NCBI GenBank assembly: GCA_964458035.1
Contig: CAYWFZ010000003.1
Coordinates: forward strand, 8,297-72,296
Direction of reading: 5' to 3'
Origin: an uncultured Muribaculaceae bacterium
GTDB lineage: Bacteria > Bacillota_I > Bacilli_A > RF39 > UBA660
DNA: 64,000 bases
Under the pieces are notes generated by a model. That model did not search any database. It was not told the DNA's origin and worked only from the letters and a program-made list of their open reading frames with translations. Position numbers and translations under genes: made by a program. This document shows, piece by piece, positions 9,952 to 19,092 of this stretch. How positions within the stretch are numbered: the stretch's first letter is position 1; each line of letters begins with the position of its first letter.

Positions 9952-11559
9952 CTAATCTTTATCTATTTTTTTAAAATCAATTATATATTTTATTTTCTCA
10001 ATTGATATATCGCTATTATTAATATTATTAACAAGATTAATAAAATCAATACTTTCTTCTAATCCAATAAGATTGTCTACTAGATCATCTTTACTTACAT
10101 TAATATTAAGTAATTTATACTTTTCAAATATAATATTATTTAAATCTTCATCACTTTGAAATTTGATTTTTGTAATAAAAGTATTATTAGGATTATTAAC
10201 AAAGTTGATTAATTTAAAATATTCCTTAGTATAATCTATATCTTTATCATCTAAGTCGATTTTTGGACACATCTTCTTAAAATAATCATAAAAAGAAGCA
10301 CAGACATATAATGCATCTCTTATAGTAGAAGTATCATCTAATCTTTTTAAAATAATATCATTAATTTTAGCTTCATCAAGTTCTCGATACAAGCCATCAA
10401 GTTTCTTTATTTGATCATTTAATTGAACTATAATTAAGTCTTTATTAACTTTCTTAGCAAATATAAATTTAGACTCACTTGCATATTGCTTAGCTAATTT
10501 AGCACGAACCTTTTCCTCTTGCCTAATTTCTTTTAGTTTAGCATCATACTGACCCTTATATGAATCTTTATTAGCATATCTTGATAAAACATCCTTAACT
10601 ATTCCTTTGTACTTATTATAATGATCTAATTCAACTACAACATCCTTTAATTCGCTAATTTCATCATAAAAATCTGACTTCTCTTTAGGAGATAAATCAT
10701 CAAATTCACGATCTATTAAGAATCTATTAAAGTTCTTGCGCACTTGAGGTGTATCCTCCAAATAATCATATATTGATAAAGTACCATCCAAGAATTTACT
10801 GCTAAGCAAGAAAATATCATTAATACGTTGCTTCTTTAGATCAGTAAGCATTGACTGATAGTACGATTTATAATTATCCTTATCTGTATTATTTTTCTTA
10901 AGTAACTCTTCATTACTTCTAATATAATAACTATCAAGTTCTTTTTTAAATTGCGAATATAAATTACGAATACATAATTTTAAATGAATTATAAAATTAG
11001 GACATTCCCAGTATATTTTATCAAATATATTTTTCATTGAATCCATAAAAGTATCCTTGTCTAAATTCGCAAAATATACTTCCATATACATATGCGTAAA
11101 CATAGAATAATTAAAATGTTCAGCTGTCAATTTTATTTCAGCACGATCAAACAAGTCAATAATCTTATCTATAAACTCGTTTACTCTTGTAAAATCTGAA
11201 ACATCAATATCATCGATATCATTAACTATATTATCAAAATTAAGTTTATTATATATATCATTAAATTCATTGTTATAGTCAAATATGATTCTATAATTTA
11301 ATATTCTATCCTTCAAATCAATATAATTAGCCGTTGAATCAGCTGGTATTAAAGCATTAACTCTAGATTCCATTTCATTATAAATTCTATCTCTTAAATC
11401 TTTGTATTTCTCTAGTTTTCCCTCAACAAAAGCATTTCTACTATTAACAGCATTAATATGAAATGTTTTCATCATTTTCTTTGTTCCAGTTGTAGACTCT
11501 AACTGAAACTCTTCAATATATTTCTTATCTTCCTCAAACTGAGTTAGGTATTGATTCAT
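9952..11559 (-). CDS. Hypothetical 535-aa K/D/E/N-rich, probably cytoplasmic protein
   Basis: Long ORF with no TM or signal sequence. Its ATG overlaps the stop of the upstream 46-aa ORF (ATGA). Confidence 0.6.
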   Translation of the reverse strand: MNQYLTQFEEDKKYIEEFQLESTTGTKKMMKTFHINAVNSRNAFVEGKLEKYKDLRDRIYNEMESRVNALIPADSTANYIDLKDRILNYRIIFDYNNEFNDIYNKLNFDNIVNDIDDIDVSDFTRVNEFIDKIIDLFDRAEIKLTAEHFNYSMFTHMYMEVYFANLDKDTFMDSMKNIFDKIYWECPNFIIHLKLCIRNLYSQFKKELDSYYIRSNEELLKKNNTDKDNYKSYYQSMLTDLKKQRINDIFLLSSKFLDGTLSIYDYLEDTPQVRKNFNRFLIDREFDDLSPKEKSDFYDEISELKDVVVELDHYNKYKGIVKDVLSRYANKDSYKGQYDAKLKEIRQEEKVRAKLAKQYASESKFIFAKKVNKDLIIVQLNDQIKKLDGLYRELDEAKINDIILKRLDDTSTIRDALYVCASFYDYFKKMCPKIDLDDKDIDYTKEYFKLINFVNNPNNTFITKIKFQSDEDLNNIIFEKYKLLNINVSKDDLVDNLIGLEESIDFINLVNNINNSDISIEKIKYIIDFKKIDKD

Positions 11560-11696
11560 TTTTCTTCCTCTTCTATAGTCAGAATACTATTATTAAGATA
11601 CTTAATATGTTCGTCTACTTTTCCATAGAATTCCATCAATTCATCATCTGTTAATTTACTTAAATTAAGAAGTGGGGTTTCAATTTTCTCTTCCAT
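11556..11696 (-). CDS. Small acidic protein (46 aa), translationally coupled to the 535-aa gene
   Basis: ATG at 11696 is preceded by AAGAGGT at 6-nt spacing. Its TGA overlaps the ATG of the downstream gene. Hand-translated (MEEKIETPLLNLSKLTDDELMEFYGKVDEHIKYLNNSILTIEEEEK); it is below the ORF-track length cutoff. Confidence 0.45.
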   Translation of the reverse strand: MEEKIETPLLNLSKLTDDELMEFYGKVDEHIKYLNNSILTIEEEEK

Positions 11697-11778
11697 ATTA
11701 ACCTCTTTCTAGAATTACATGCTAAATATATTATATCATAATTATTTTCATTTATTTCTATAATTTGACATATATTGT

Positions 11779-11801
11779 AAAAAAAAGGCTTTTAAAGCCT
11801 T
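11779..11801 (-). terminator. Rho-independent terminator after the 353-aa TasA-like gene
   Basis: AAGGCT/AGCCTT stem (palindrome ggcttttaaagcc) followed on the minus strand by a run of about 6-8 T. Confidence 0.55.
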
Positions 11802-11819
11802 TATACTATATCATCTATT

Positions 11820-12881
11820 CTATGGTGTATCAGTTGCACCAGACTTACTATTTGAACTAAATTGTAAGTCAAAGTTTATTTGTCCACCAGCTGCGAAGTT
11901 TTCACAGTCAACATCTTGACCTTCAACCCACATATAGATTCTTATCTTAGTAATTCCTTTTTTCAAATCTATAAATTCTTGATAAGCAGCTGCAGGAATA
12001 CCAGATTCTGGAGTAGCAATATAGTTAGTTGGAGCAGCAGTAGGAGCATCCTTTGTTACTTCTTGGAAATAAGCATTATCAGTACTATTTAAAGCAACTG
12101 CAGTAGTAATTGGAGCTTTAAGTCCATAATATCCAAGTCTTGCAGCGCCATTTAAACTAGTAGTCTTTCCATAAAGAGCTGCATTTGTTATACCAGTAGG
12201 TGTATGAACATCATAATTTGGTTCCCAGAAAATTGGTGTAGCACCAGCATTTGCTAAATTTTGAATAGTACCTGTTGCACTACCAGCAGCAACGTTACCT
12301 TCATCAATGAATGCAAGTCTTGCAGCTCTTTGAATACCAGTATCTGCATCTCCGTCTCCACCTTTAACTGAAGCCTTATCTGTTAAATAGATTTTAGTAT
12401 CTTCTTGAACTTGGAAGAATAAGTCAAATGCTATAAAATGTCCATCTTGTGATTTTGTTTCAGTTGATTTAGAAGCAGTTAATTCATATGCACCAGATGT
12501 TTCATTAACTACAACTTCACCTAAGTACATATCCATTTCTCCACTTGTTGATAGCTTTCCAACAGTTGATACAGGAGCTAATCTACCAGTAGAACTAGGC
12601 AATTGGTTCTTGTTTCCTGGGTATACTGTATTAGTACCAGTAATTGTATCTACTATATCTTGATTAGTTACTATAGCTTTCCAATTGACTCCATCAACTG
12701 ATATTTGTAGACCATTTGCAGCAGCAACATTAACATTAATTGTACTTACTGTAACAGTTTTATTTGCAGTAAACCATGCATAAGATGTTGTAGCTAGTAA
12801 ACCACCAGTTAAAAGAAGCATCAAAACAGCTAATAACAATTTTCTTTGCTTTTTTCTACGTTTAACTTTATTTTGTTTCAT
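11820..12881 (-). CDS. TasA/camelysin-like secreted protein with a SipW-cognate-type signal peptide
   Basis: N-terminal basic region and hydrophobic core, then TTSYAWFTANK, matching the (G)GT[FW]A[YA]F[SN]D motif of TasA/CalY. The C-terminal IYMWVEGQDVDCENFAAGGQINFDLQF is shared with two neighbouring paralogs. Confidence 0.65.
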   Translation of the reverse strand: MKQNKVKRRKKQRKLLLAVLMLLLTGGLLATTSYAWFTANKTVTVSTINVNVAAANGLQISVDGVNWKAIVTNQDIVDTITGTNTVYPGNKNQLPSSTGRLAPVSTVGKLSTSGEMDMYLGEVVVNETSGAYELTASKSTETKSQDGHFIAFDLFFQVQEDTKIYLTDKASVKGGDGDADTGIQRAARLAFIDEGNVAAGSATGTIQNLANAGATPIFWEPNYDVHTPTGITNAALYGKTTSLNGAARLGYYGLKAPITTAVALNSTDNAYFQEVTKDAPTAAPTNYIATPESGIPAAAYQEFIDLKKGITKIRIYMWVEGQDVDCENFAAGGQINFDLQFSSNSKSGATDTP

Positions 12882-12897
12882 TATATTTCTCTCCTTT

Positions 12898-13602
12898 TTA
12901 TTTTCTTACTAATCTTTCTTCAGTTATATCCATATGCATCTTAATGCCTCCACCTATCAAGTCATTATTACACTCTGGATCGTCACCTTCAATCCAAATT
13001 ACTACAGTAAAATGGTCTTTATCTCCTGGTAAAAATTCTTTACGTTCCTCAAGTACAGCTATATCAGTAGAATAAAATTTAACCGTATCTTTTTCTGCCT
13101 CACCTGTTCTACTACTTGGTTTAGCATAAATAGTCTTTTCGCCATTATGATATATCATAACTCTTATTGATTCATCAAGATTTCGAATTGTATCATCAAT
13201 ATCAATTTCATACCAATAATTGATTGGATTTTCACCTGCATGAACTAAATAAAAGCTATAAGCAACATAATTAGTACCATTATGGGCACCATCTGCCTCA
13301 GTATCAATGTCTTCATTTATCCATTTAACTGAGATATTATCCATGTATTCAGCAGCACTTGCAGACAAACTCCTACTCTTGTTTTCTAAAGATCCATCTT
13401 CCGTTAAAAATATACTACTTTTTAGCATATCTTTATCAACCGATATCGAAAAATTACTAGTATTGTACACTACATACAATACCGAATACGATACAGAAAA
13501 CAACAATAGTAAAAGCAGTAATATAACTTTCGAAATTCTTGAAAATAACTTTTTTCTATGAATTTTATCCGCAGTTGTAGAAACACTATAATCTCTTTTC
13601 AT
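12898..13602 (-). CDS. TasA/camelysin-like paralog (234 aa) with N-terminal signal anchor
   Basis: C-terminus VIWIEGDDPECNNDLIGGGIKMHMDI aligns with the C-terminus of the 353-aa protein. N-terminal hydrophobic segment. Confidence 0.55.
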   Translation of the reverse strand: MKRDYSVSTTADKIHRKKLFSRISKVILLLLLLLFSVSYSVLYVVYNTSNFSISVDKDMLKSSIFLTEDGSLENKSRSLSASAAEYMDNISVKWINEDIDTEADGAHNGTNYVAYSFYLVHAGENPINYWYEIDIDDTIRNLDESIRVMIYHNGEKTIYAKPSSRTGEAEKDTVKFYSTDIAVLEERKEFLPGDKDHFTVVIWIEGDDPECNNDLIGGGIKMHMDITEERLVRK

Positions 13603-13806
13603 GTAATCACCATCTTTTTTATTGTTTTACTAGGGGGACAATAGTATCTACACTACCACTATCATAATTATATTTTAGTCCCTAATTAATATCAACAATA
13701 TTTGTCAATAAATGTCGAACTATACACACTATGTTTACACAAAAACAATACATCAAGAAGAATAGTACGTTTGACTAATAATTGAACCCATGATAATATA
13801 ATAATA

Positions 13807-14403
13807 GTGATACTTATGAATACTAAAAATATACTAAGAATAGGACTTATTATTGTTGCTATTTTTCTTGCTAGTTTTTTATTGCAAGACACATTTGCAA
13901 AGTATAGAAAAAGAGTAAATAATAACGTTGATATAAACCTTGCCAATTGGAATATCTTACTTAACGGAGAAAGTATAGCTGGTAAAGATACAATATCGAG
14001 TAAAATAATTCCGGTATTTGAAAAAAACGACTATATTGCAGAAAACGTTTTAGCACCTGGAGTAAAAGGATACTACGATATCGAAATAAACGCCAGTGAA
14101 GTTGATACATCTTTTTCTTATGTTTTTACAACCAAAGTAAGTGATGAAGAAAAATATCCTGATATTATCGCTTTTGGATATACAATAGATCCAGATAACA
14201 ATTCTGAAATAATTGAGTATACTGGTGGAAGTATAACTGGTTCTATAGTTCACAATACACCATCCACTAAAATAAGAATTTATATTGAGTGGGACGATTC
14301 AGAAACAAATAAAATGACAAATGCAGAAGATACTGCCCTTGCCATTAATAATAATGAACTAACGATGAATGCCGAATTCAAATTTGAACAAATTAAGGAA
14401 TAA
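13807..14403 (+). CDS. Small secreted protein, possible third TasA-like paralog (198 aa)
   Basis: Signal peptide followed by QDTFAKY (TasA-like cleavage motif). The C-terminal IYIEWDDSETNK...NAEFKFEQI resembles the conserved C-terminal motif of the two upstream paralogs. Divergently transcribed. Confidence 0.5.
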   Translation: MILMNTKNILRIGLIIVAIFLASFLLQDTFAKYRKRVNNNVDINLANWNILLNGESIAGKDTISSKIIPVFEKNDYIAENVLAPGVKGYYDIEINASEVDTSFSYVFTTKVSDEEKYPDIIAFGYTIDPDNNSEIIEYTGGSITGSIVHNTPSTKIRIYIEWDDSETNKMTNAEDTALAINNNELTMNAEFKFEQIKE

Positions 14404-14412
14404 TATATTCCT
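14387..14412 (+). terminator. Rho-independent terminator
   Basis: AAGGAAT/ATTCCTT stem overlapping the stop codon, followed by TTTTTTTT. Confidence 0.65.
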
Positions 14413-14433
14413 TTTTTTTCATTTTTAAATTCA

Positions 14434-14462
14434 TTGACAAATAATTAGAATGCCCCTATACT
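14434..14462 (+). promoter_or_regulatory. Sigma-A type promoter (TTGACA-17-TATACT)
   Basis: Consensus -35 TTGACA at 14434-14439 and -10 TATACT at 14457-14462, with a 17-bp spacer, 30 nt upstream of the ORF start. Confidence 0.6.
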
Positions 14463-14493
14463 ATATCACAAACAAAAAAGAATAAGTGATTGC

Positions 14494-15408
14494 ATGAGTA
14501 AATTTGAATTTCTAAAAGCTATTCCTATAAATCAGTTAGTTTCTTTATATAATGTAACAACTGATGAAGTACTTAAAGAAAATATTAACAGCGTCTTAAA
14601 AAGAAGTAAGCCATATATGGCTGAGTGCTATAGCAGTGATCGTCACTCATACATTGAAGAATCTATTACACCAGCATATTTAAAATTAATTGATAATCTA
14701 TTGCTCAAAGACTTAGGTTTTTATAATGAGCTAGTATGTCTTAGTCGTGGAAATAATCGAGGAGCAAATGCCAGCTATAACTTTTTAGATAAGCCCATGT
14801 TAATGTACTATTATCCTGGAGTAAAAGAGAGATTATTCAAATATGACATTAGATTTATGAAACAATTCCATAATATTTTCGTCTTTGGTTCAAGATATTA
14901 CGGTGGAGAAAAAGATGAGAGTCTAGTTCAAGAAATAAAAAGCATCCCCGAAGTTATAGAGGCTAAAGAAAAAACAGAATACTTTAAATATTTAGAAGAA
15001 TTTTTCAATAGTGAAGAAAACAGATATTATTATGAAGGATCATATAACAGTTTCATGTACATAAAAGATTATCTATATAAAATTCTAAGCAATCACAATA
15101 TGGAAATGTCTGATTTATTAAAAGAAACACAAGAAAAATCCCAAATTGTTTTAGAGTACTTACAAGAAATCTGTAAATATTTATACGATCTTAAAGATAA
15201 TATTGGAGAATGTAGAATCTCCGCATGTAATAACAGATCTATAACTCAGATACTAAAAGGAAGAGAAGACTCTGGACTTAACAAACAACAACTAGCAGAA
15301 CTTCTAGCTTTTGGAATAACAAAAGACGAATTAAAAAAACAAGATTTTAAAGCTTTAGATAGATTAATTTATATACCTAGAAATAAACCGCGTAAAACTT
15401 TATTTTAA
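14494..15408 (+). CDS. Hypothetical protein (304 aa)
   Basis: Long ORF behind a near-consensus promoter. No motif recognised. Confidence 0.5.
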   Translation: MSKFEFLKAIPINQLVSLYNVTTDEVLKENINSVLKRSKPYMAECYSSDRHSYIEESITPAYLKLIDNLLLKDLGFYNELVCLSRGNNRGANASYNFLDKPMLMYYYPGVKERLFKYDIRFMKQFHNIFVFGSRYYGGEKDESLVQEIKSIPEVIEAKEKTEYFKYLEEFFNSEENRYYYEGSYNSFMYIKDYLYKILSNHNMEMSDLLKETQEKSQIVLEYLQEICKYLYDLKDNIGECRISACNNRSITQILKGREDSGLNKQQLAELLAFGITKDELKKQDFKALDRLIYIPRNKPRKTLF

Positions 15409-15409
15409 T

Positions 15410-15688
15410 TTAGTTACATAATAGAAAGATAGCATCAATATGAAGAATTTTACCTGGAAGATAAAAATATTCATCTCGATCAAGTAATTCATTACTTATT
15501 TCAGGTCTATAATCATCATTTTCCTTAGATAAAACTAAATCACTTATTAATGCATCTGCATAAAGTCTGACATCAGTTCCTTTTAAATAAGCAATATTAT
15601 CTTTGATATCCATAACTATAAAAACAACATCATTGTCATGACTATTTCTAGTAACTATCGAACCTACTTGTATTTCCATAAACTTCAC
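15410..15688 (-). CDS. Small protein (92 aa) resembling the N-terminal domain of sporulation protease YabG; either truncated or a stand-alone domain
   Basis: The pattern VGSIVTRNS..DVVF.....AYLKG.DVRLYAD...SDLV...YFYLPGKILHID matches my recollection of the YabG N-terminus. The ORF terminates before any peptidase domain. Position after ksgA is consistent with yabG synteny. Confidence 0.4.
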   Translation of the reverse strand: MKFMEIQVGSIVTRNSHDNDVVFIVMDIKDNIAYLKGTDVRLYADALISDLVLSKENDDYRPEISNELLDRDEYFYLPGKILHIDAIFLLCN

Positions 15689-15721
15689 CTACCTTATATT
15701 ATGACAAAATAAAAAAAGTGT

Positions 15722-16753
15722 TTAACACTTTTCTATAAATCTTGCGGGTAGATAGTCATCTGCAAATGCAATTGATATATGATTAAGTGAAGCAAAATTT
15801 AGTGCTTTTTCATCATCATAATTTGAAAAATATTCTTCTTTACTAACATTTTCATAATAAACTTTATCCAATACTTGATTATCAGAAAAACTATCTTTAT
15901 ATCCATAAAATATATCTTGAATAAGCATTTGCACTTCTTCATCATTGATATTAATTCTATAAATATCTTTGTATTCTAATAATTCCTTTATTTTTCTTCC
16001 AAGTTCTGGATACAAAGGATATCTAAAAAAATACATATAACTAGCACCAAATGGTCCTCTAAACATCTCAAGAGCCTCAATTATCTCTTCTCTGCTTAAA
16101 CTATTTTCTTCTCTTCCTTTAAATTTTTCTAAATTCCAAGAATCAACAATTCTATACTTATACTTATCGGAATACTTATCAAACAAATCATACATTCTAT
16201 GATTATACATATACTTTAAGCTTAAAAGACCCTTACTTATATCAGCATTCTTATCAACAACATGGTAAAAATAAAGTGGTTCATTTAACTTAATAAGTTC
16301 TTGTGATGAACAATAATTCAAAAATTCTGGTGCTTTCATCCTTTTATTTGGTTTTTGATAAAAGTAAACAAATGCATATACTTCCCCAACTGATATATCC
16401 GAAAAAGAAAGAATTAACTTATTTTTTACATCCATAAGTAATTCTTTTAATGAATTATATTCGTAAACTCCCTTATAGGATTCCCACGAATGCTCGAACC
16501 AAATGAACTTGCCATTATTTTGATAAACAATAAAAGTATGTGTTTGATAATGTTCAGACTCATCAGATAAGCTAACAAAGTAAGATTGTGTATCTACTCC
16601 CAAATCAGAAAACAATTTTCTCTCTAATTCAACTTGCTCCCAACAATTTCCTTCCTTAGATTCTATAACTTCCTTCGCATCTTGAATAAAAGTATCATCA
16701 TCAATCCATCTATAATTAATTTTTTCTAATTCCCGCATTACTGATTCATTCAT
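15722..16753 (-). CDS. Hypothetical protein (343 aa) with an N-terminal Cys/His (GNCWEQ ... HTF) transglutaminase/papain-like-looking motif
   Basis: ORF only. The motif assignment is tentative. Confidence 0.45.
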   Translation of the reverse strand: MNESVMRELEKINYRWIDDDTFIQDAKEVIESKEGNCWEQVELERKLFSDLGVDTQSYFVSLSDESEHYQTHTFIVYQNNGKFIWFEHSWESYKGVYEYNSLKELLMDVKNKLILSFSDISVGEVYAFVYFYQKPNKRMKAPEFLNYCSSQELIKLNEPLYFYHVVDKNADISKGLLSLKYMYNHRMYDLFDKYSDKYKYRIVDSWNLEKFKGREENSLSREEIIEALEMFRGPFGASYMYFFRYPLYPELGRKIKELLEYKDIYRININDEEVQMLIQDIFYGYKDSFSDNQVLDKVYYENVSKEEYFSNYDDEKALNFASLNHISIAFADDYLPARFIEKC

Positions 16754-16762
16754 ATATATACC

Positions 16763-17548
16763 CTAATCCTTATAATACTCATTTGTAAGATAGACAAATT
16801 CTTCATAGGATAAGTCTTCTGCACGATTATCCAAAGATTTATCAACTATTTTTAAAATATTTTCAACTTTCTCTAAATCGTAGTTTTTTAAATTATTTCT
16901 TAAGTTCTTACGTTTAAACTTAAAAGAATCTCTAACAAATCTATTAAATAATTTTATATCTGTATCTAACAATTTTTCACGTCTAGTAAATTTAATAACC
17001 GCACTATCAACATTTGGAACTGGATAAAATTTATTTCTGTTAACAACAAATAGATTTTGAACATTGAAATAATAATTTAAAAACACAGTAATTGAACCAT
17101 ACTCTCTTGTTTTTGGTACAGATGAAAACCTTAAAGCAACTTCCTTTTGTACCATAAATACCATCTCATCAGCTTGTATAGAATCATCAATTATCTTTGT
17201 AATAATTGGCGTGGTTATATAATATGGAAGATTGCCAATTATATATAATTTATCATAACTAATATCTTTTATATCATCAGATATATTTCTTTTTAAGAAG
17301 TCATCAAATATAATTTGTACTCGATCATTTTCTAAAGCTTTTAAGTTACTAATTAACTCTGTATCAATTTCATAAGCTAAGACATAAGCCCCCGTTGAAA
17401 CAAGTTGTTTTGTTAATGCCCCTGCTCCTGGACCAATTTCTATTACTAAATCAGACGGACTCGCATTAATTGATGAAACTATATTATGAATTACATTTTT
17501 ATCTTGTAAAAAGTTTTGTCCAAACTTCTTTTTAAAATTAAATTTCAT
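16763..17548 (-). CDS. rsmA: 16S rRNA (adenine1518/1519-N6) dimethyltransferase
   Basis: FGQNFLQD, EIGPGAGALT and the KsgA/Dim1 family layout. Adjacent to yabE-like and tatD as in Bacillus. Confidence 0.93.
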   Translation of the reverse strand: MKFNFKKKFGQNFLQDKNVIHNIVSSINASPSDLVIEIGPGAGALTKQLVSTGAYVLAYEIDTELISNLKALENDRVQIIFDDFLKRNISDDIKDISYDKLYIIGNLPYYITTPIITKIIDDSIQADEMVFMVQKEVALRFSSVPKTREYGSITVFLNYYFNVQNLFVVNRNKFYPVPNVDSAVIKFTRREKLLDTDIKLFNRFVRDSFKFKRKNLRNNLKNYDLEKVENILKIVDKSLDNRAEDLSYEEFVYLTNEYYKD

Positions 17549-17585
17549 TTCATCACTTCCAATAAAACAATTTTATCACATAAGG

Positions 17586-17613
17586 TTGTGTATTAAAAGT
17601 ATTGTGATATAAT
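17586..17613 (+). promoter_or_regulatory. Promoter with extended -10 (TTGTGT-16-TGATATAAT)
   Basis: -10 TATAAT at 17608-17613 with TG at 17605-17606. -35 like TTGTGT. Confidence 0.5.
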
Positions 17614-17631
17614 TATAAAAGGATGATGTCT

Positions 17632-18474
17632 ATGAATATTAATTATTTAAAAATAGAAGAAGAATTAAATAGTTACGCCATTGAAGCAATATATGACATA
17701 ATGGAAAAATGCGGAAAATTCATGACACAAGAAGAATTTGAAGCATACGAAAAAGGAATTTTAGAAAATAAAGTCATAATTGTAAACAGACCTAGTGTAG
17801 ATGACGATAAATTCTTCAAGGGTAATGTCCCTGTTGCTCATGGTCCAAGAACAAAAAAGGATGGCTATGTTCATGTCTATCCATATAGATATAAAAATCA
17901 AAACACCGACCAAATTATAGATAACTATATAAACGGATCAATAATATTACATGAACTATATCATTATATAATAAGACTAGATATAAAAAATTCTAATGAA
18001 AAAACACGAATAAGATTTGGACACTATATCACAGAAGGTATGGTTGAGTTATTCACAGAACTTCACAATAAACAAAAAGCAACAAGATGGTCTGCAAGAA
18101 GGAATGTTGATGCAGCTGAAAAAATATACAATATACTTTTGGACAAAAGTGATATAAAACTAATTTTTCAGTGTAACATTGAAGAAATTTTTTCAAAATA
18201 CCCAGAACTTGAAATAATATATGAAGACTATTTAAAAGAATGTAAATTCGTTGAAGGATTAACAAATATACTTGAATCCTTAAGAGAACACGCATCAATA
18301 GATACAAAAAGAATTATAGCAAGATTCAATAGGTATTCTCTATTAGAAGGTATTGAAAACATTAAACTTGAATCAGAAAATTTTCTTGATGAAGTTGATG
18401 CTAATTATTTTAATAAACAAATTGATGAATTATATACAAGTATTTATGAAGACAAAGAAAAAAGACTTAGTTAA
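17632..18474 (+). CDS. Putative zinc metallopeptidase (HExxH: ILHELYHYI)
   Basis: The ORF track starts at 17623. The ATG at 17632 has a better-spaced AAAGGA RBS. Single HELYH motif; otherwise unrecognised. Confidence 0.5.
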   Translation: MNINYLKIEEELNSYAIEAIYDIMEKCGKFMTQEEFEAYEKGILENKVIIVNRPSVDDDKFFKGNVPVAHGPRTKKDGYVHVYPYRYKNQNTDQIIDNYINGSIILHELYHYIIRLDIKNSNEKTRIRFGHYITEGMVELFTELHNKQKATRWSARRNVDAAEKIYNILLDKSDIKLIFQCNIEEIFSKYPELEIIYEDYLKECKFVEGLTNILESLREHASIDTKRIIARFNRYSLLEGIENIKLESENFLDEVDANYFNKQIDELYTSIYEDKEKRLS

Positions 18475-18482
18475 GTCTTTTT

Positions 18483-19037
18483 TTATTTTCTTTCCCAGCC
18501 AAATCGTAAAACGTCATAAGTTAGTTTATGTCTACCAATCTTTTTAATTGCATAATCACTATTTGGAACTAATAAATCTAAATCGTTTCCAAGAACTCCT
18601 CTATCAAGAACAATTCCTGTTACTTTTTTATCTGAAACATAAGAAGCATCAAAAGTAACTATAGATCCACAAGGTAGATTCTTAGAAGAAGCTAAAATAA
18701 CAACATCTCCATATTCTGAATCATTATAACTTGTAGTTCCATTTGCAACATAAGCACCATTACATGCTAAATAACCAGTACATAATGGACAATCTGCAGA
18801 GTACCCCGTTAAATCTCCCGTGAAAGTATCTAAAGGATAATATTTATCTGCCATATTAATCTCATTCATTTTTAAAACCATAGCTGTTAAATCCAAAGTT
18901 TTATTTAAATTTTCATTAATTACTCGATCATTTTGATTTACTACATTTACTTTTTGAAGTATTAATACTGCAAACAATAATAATAGAATTTTTGATGTTT
19001 TATTAAATTTTCGTAGAATCTTTTTCATTACTATCAC
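18483..19037 (-). CDS. 3D-domain (YabE/YuiC-like) secreted cell-wall protein
   Basis: Signal peptide, then GYSADCPLCTGYLACNG...GDVVILAS....PCGSIVTF, the 3D (MltA-like) domain signature. Same position as yabE in the B. subtilis tatD-yabE-ksgA synteny. Confidence 0.7.
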   Translation of the reverse strand: MIVMKKILRKFNKTSKILLLLFAVLILQKVNVVNQNDRVINENLNKTLDLTAMVLKMNEINMADKYYPLDTFTGDLTGYSADCPLCTGYLACNGAYVANGTTSYNDSEYGDVVILASSKNLPCGSIVTFDASYVSDKKVTGIVLDRGVLGNDLDLLVPNSDYAIKKIGRHKLTYDVLRFGWERK

Positions 19038-19092
19038 CTTATATAAAAATTATAGCAAATTGCAAGAGTAAAGTAAACATTTTACATCAACT

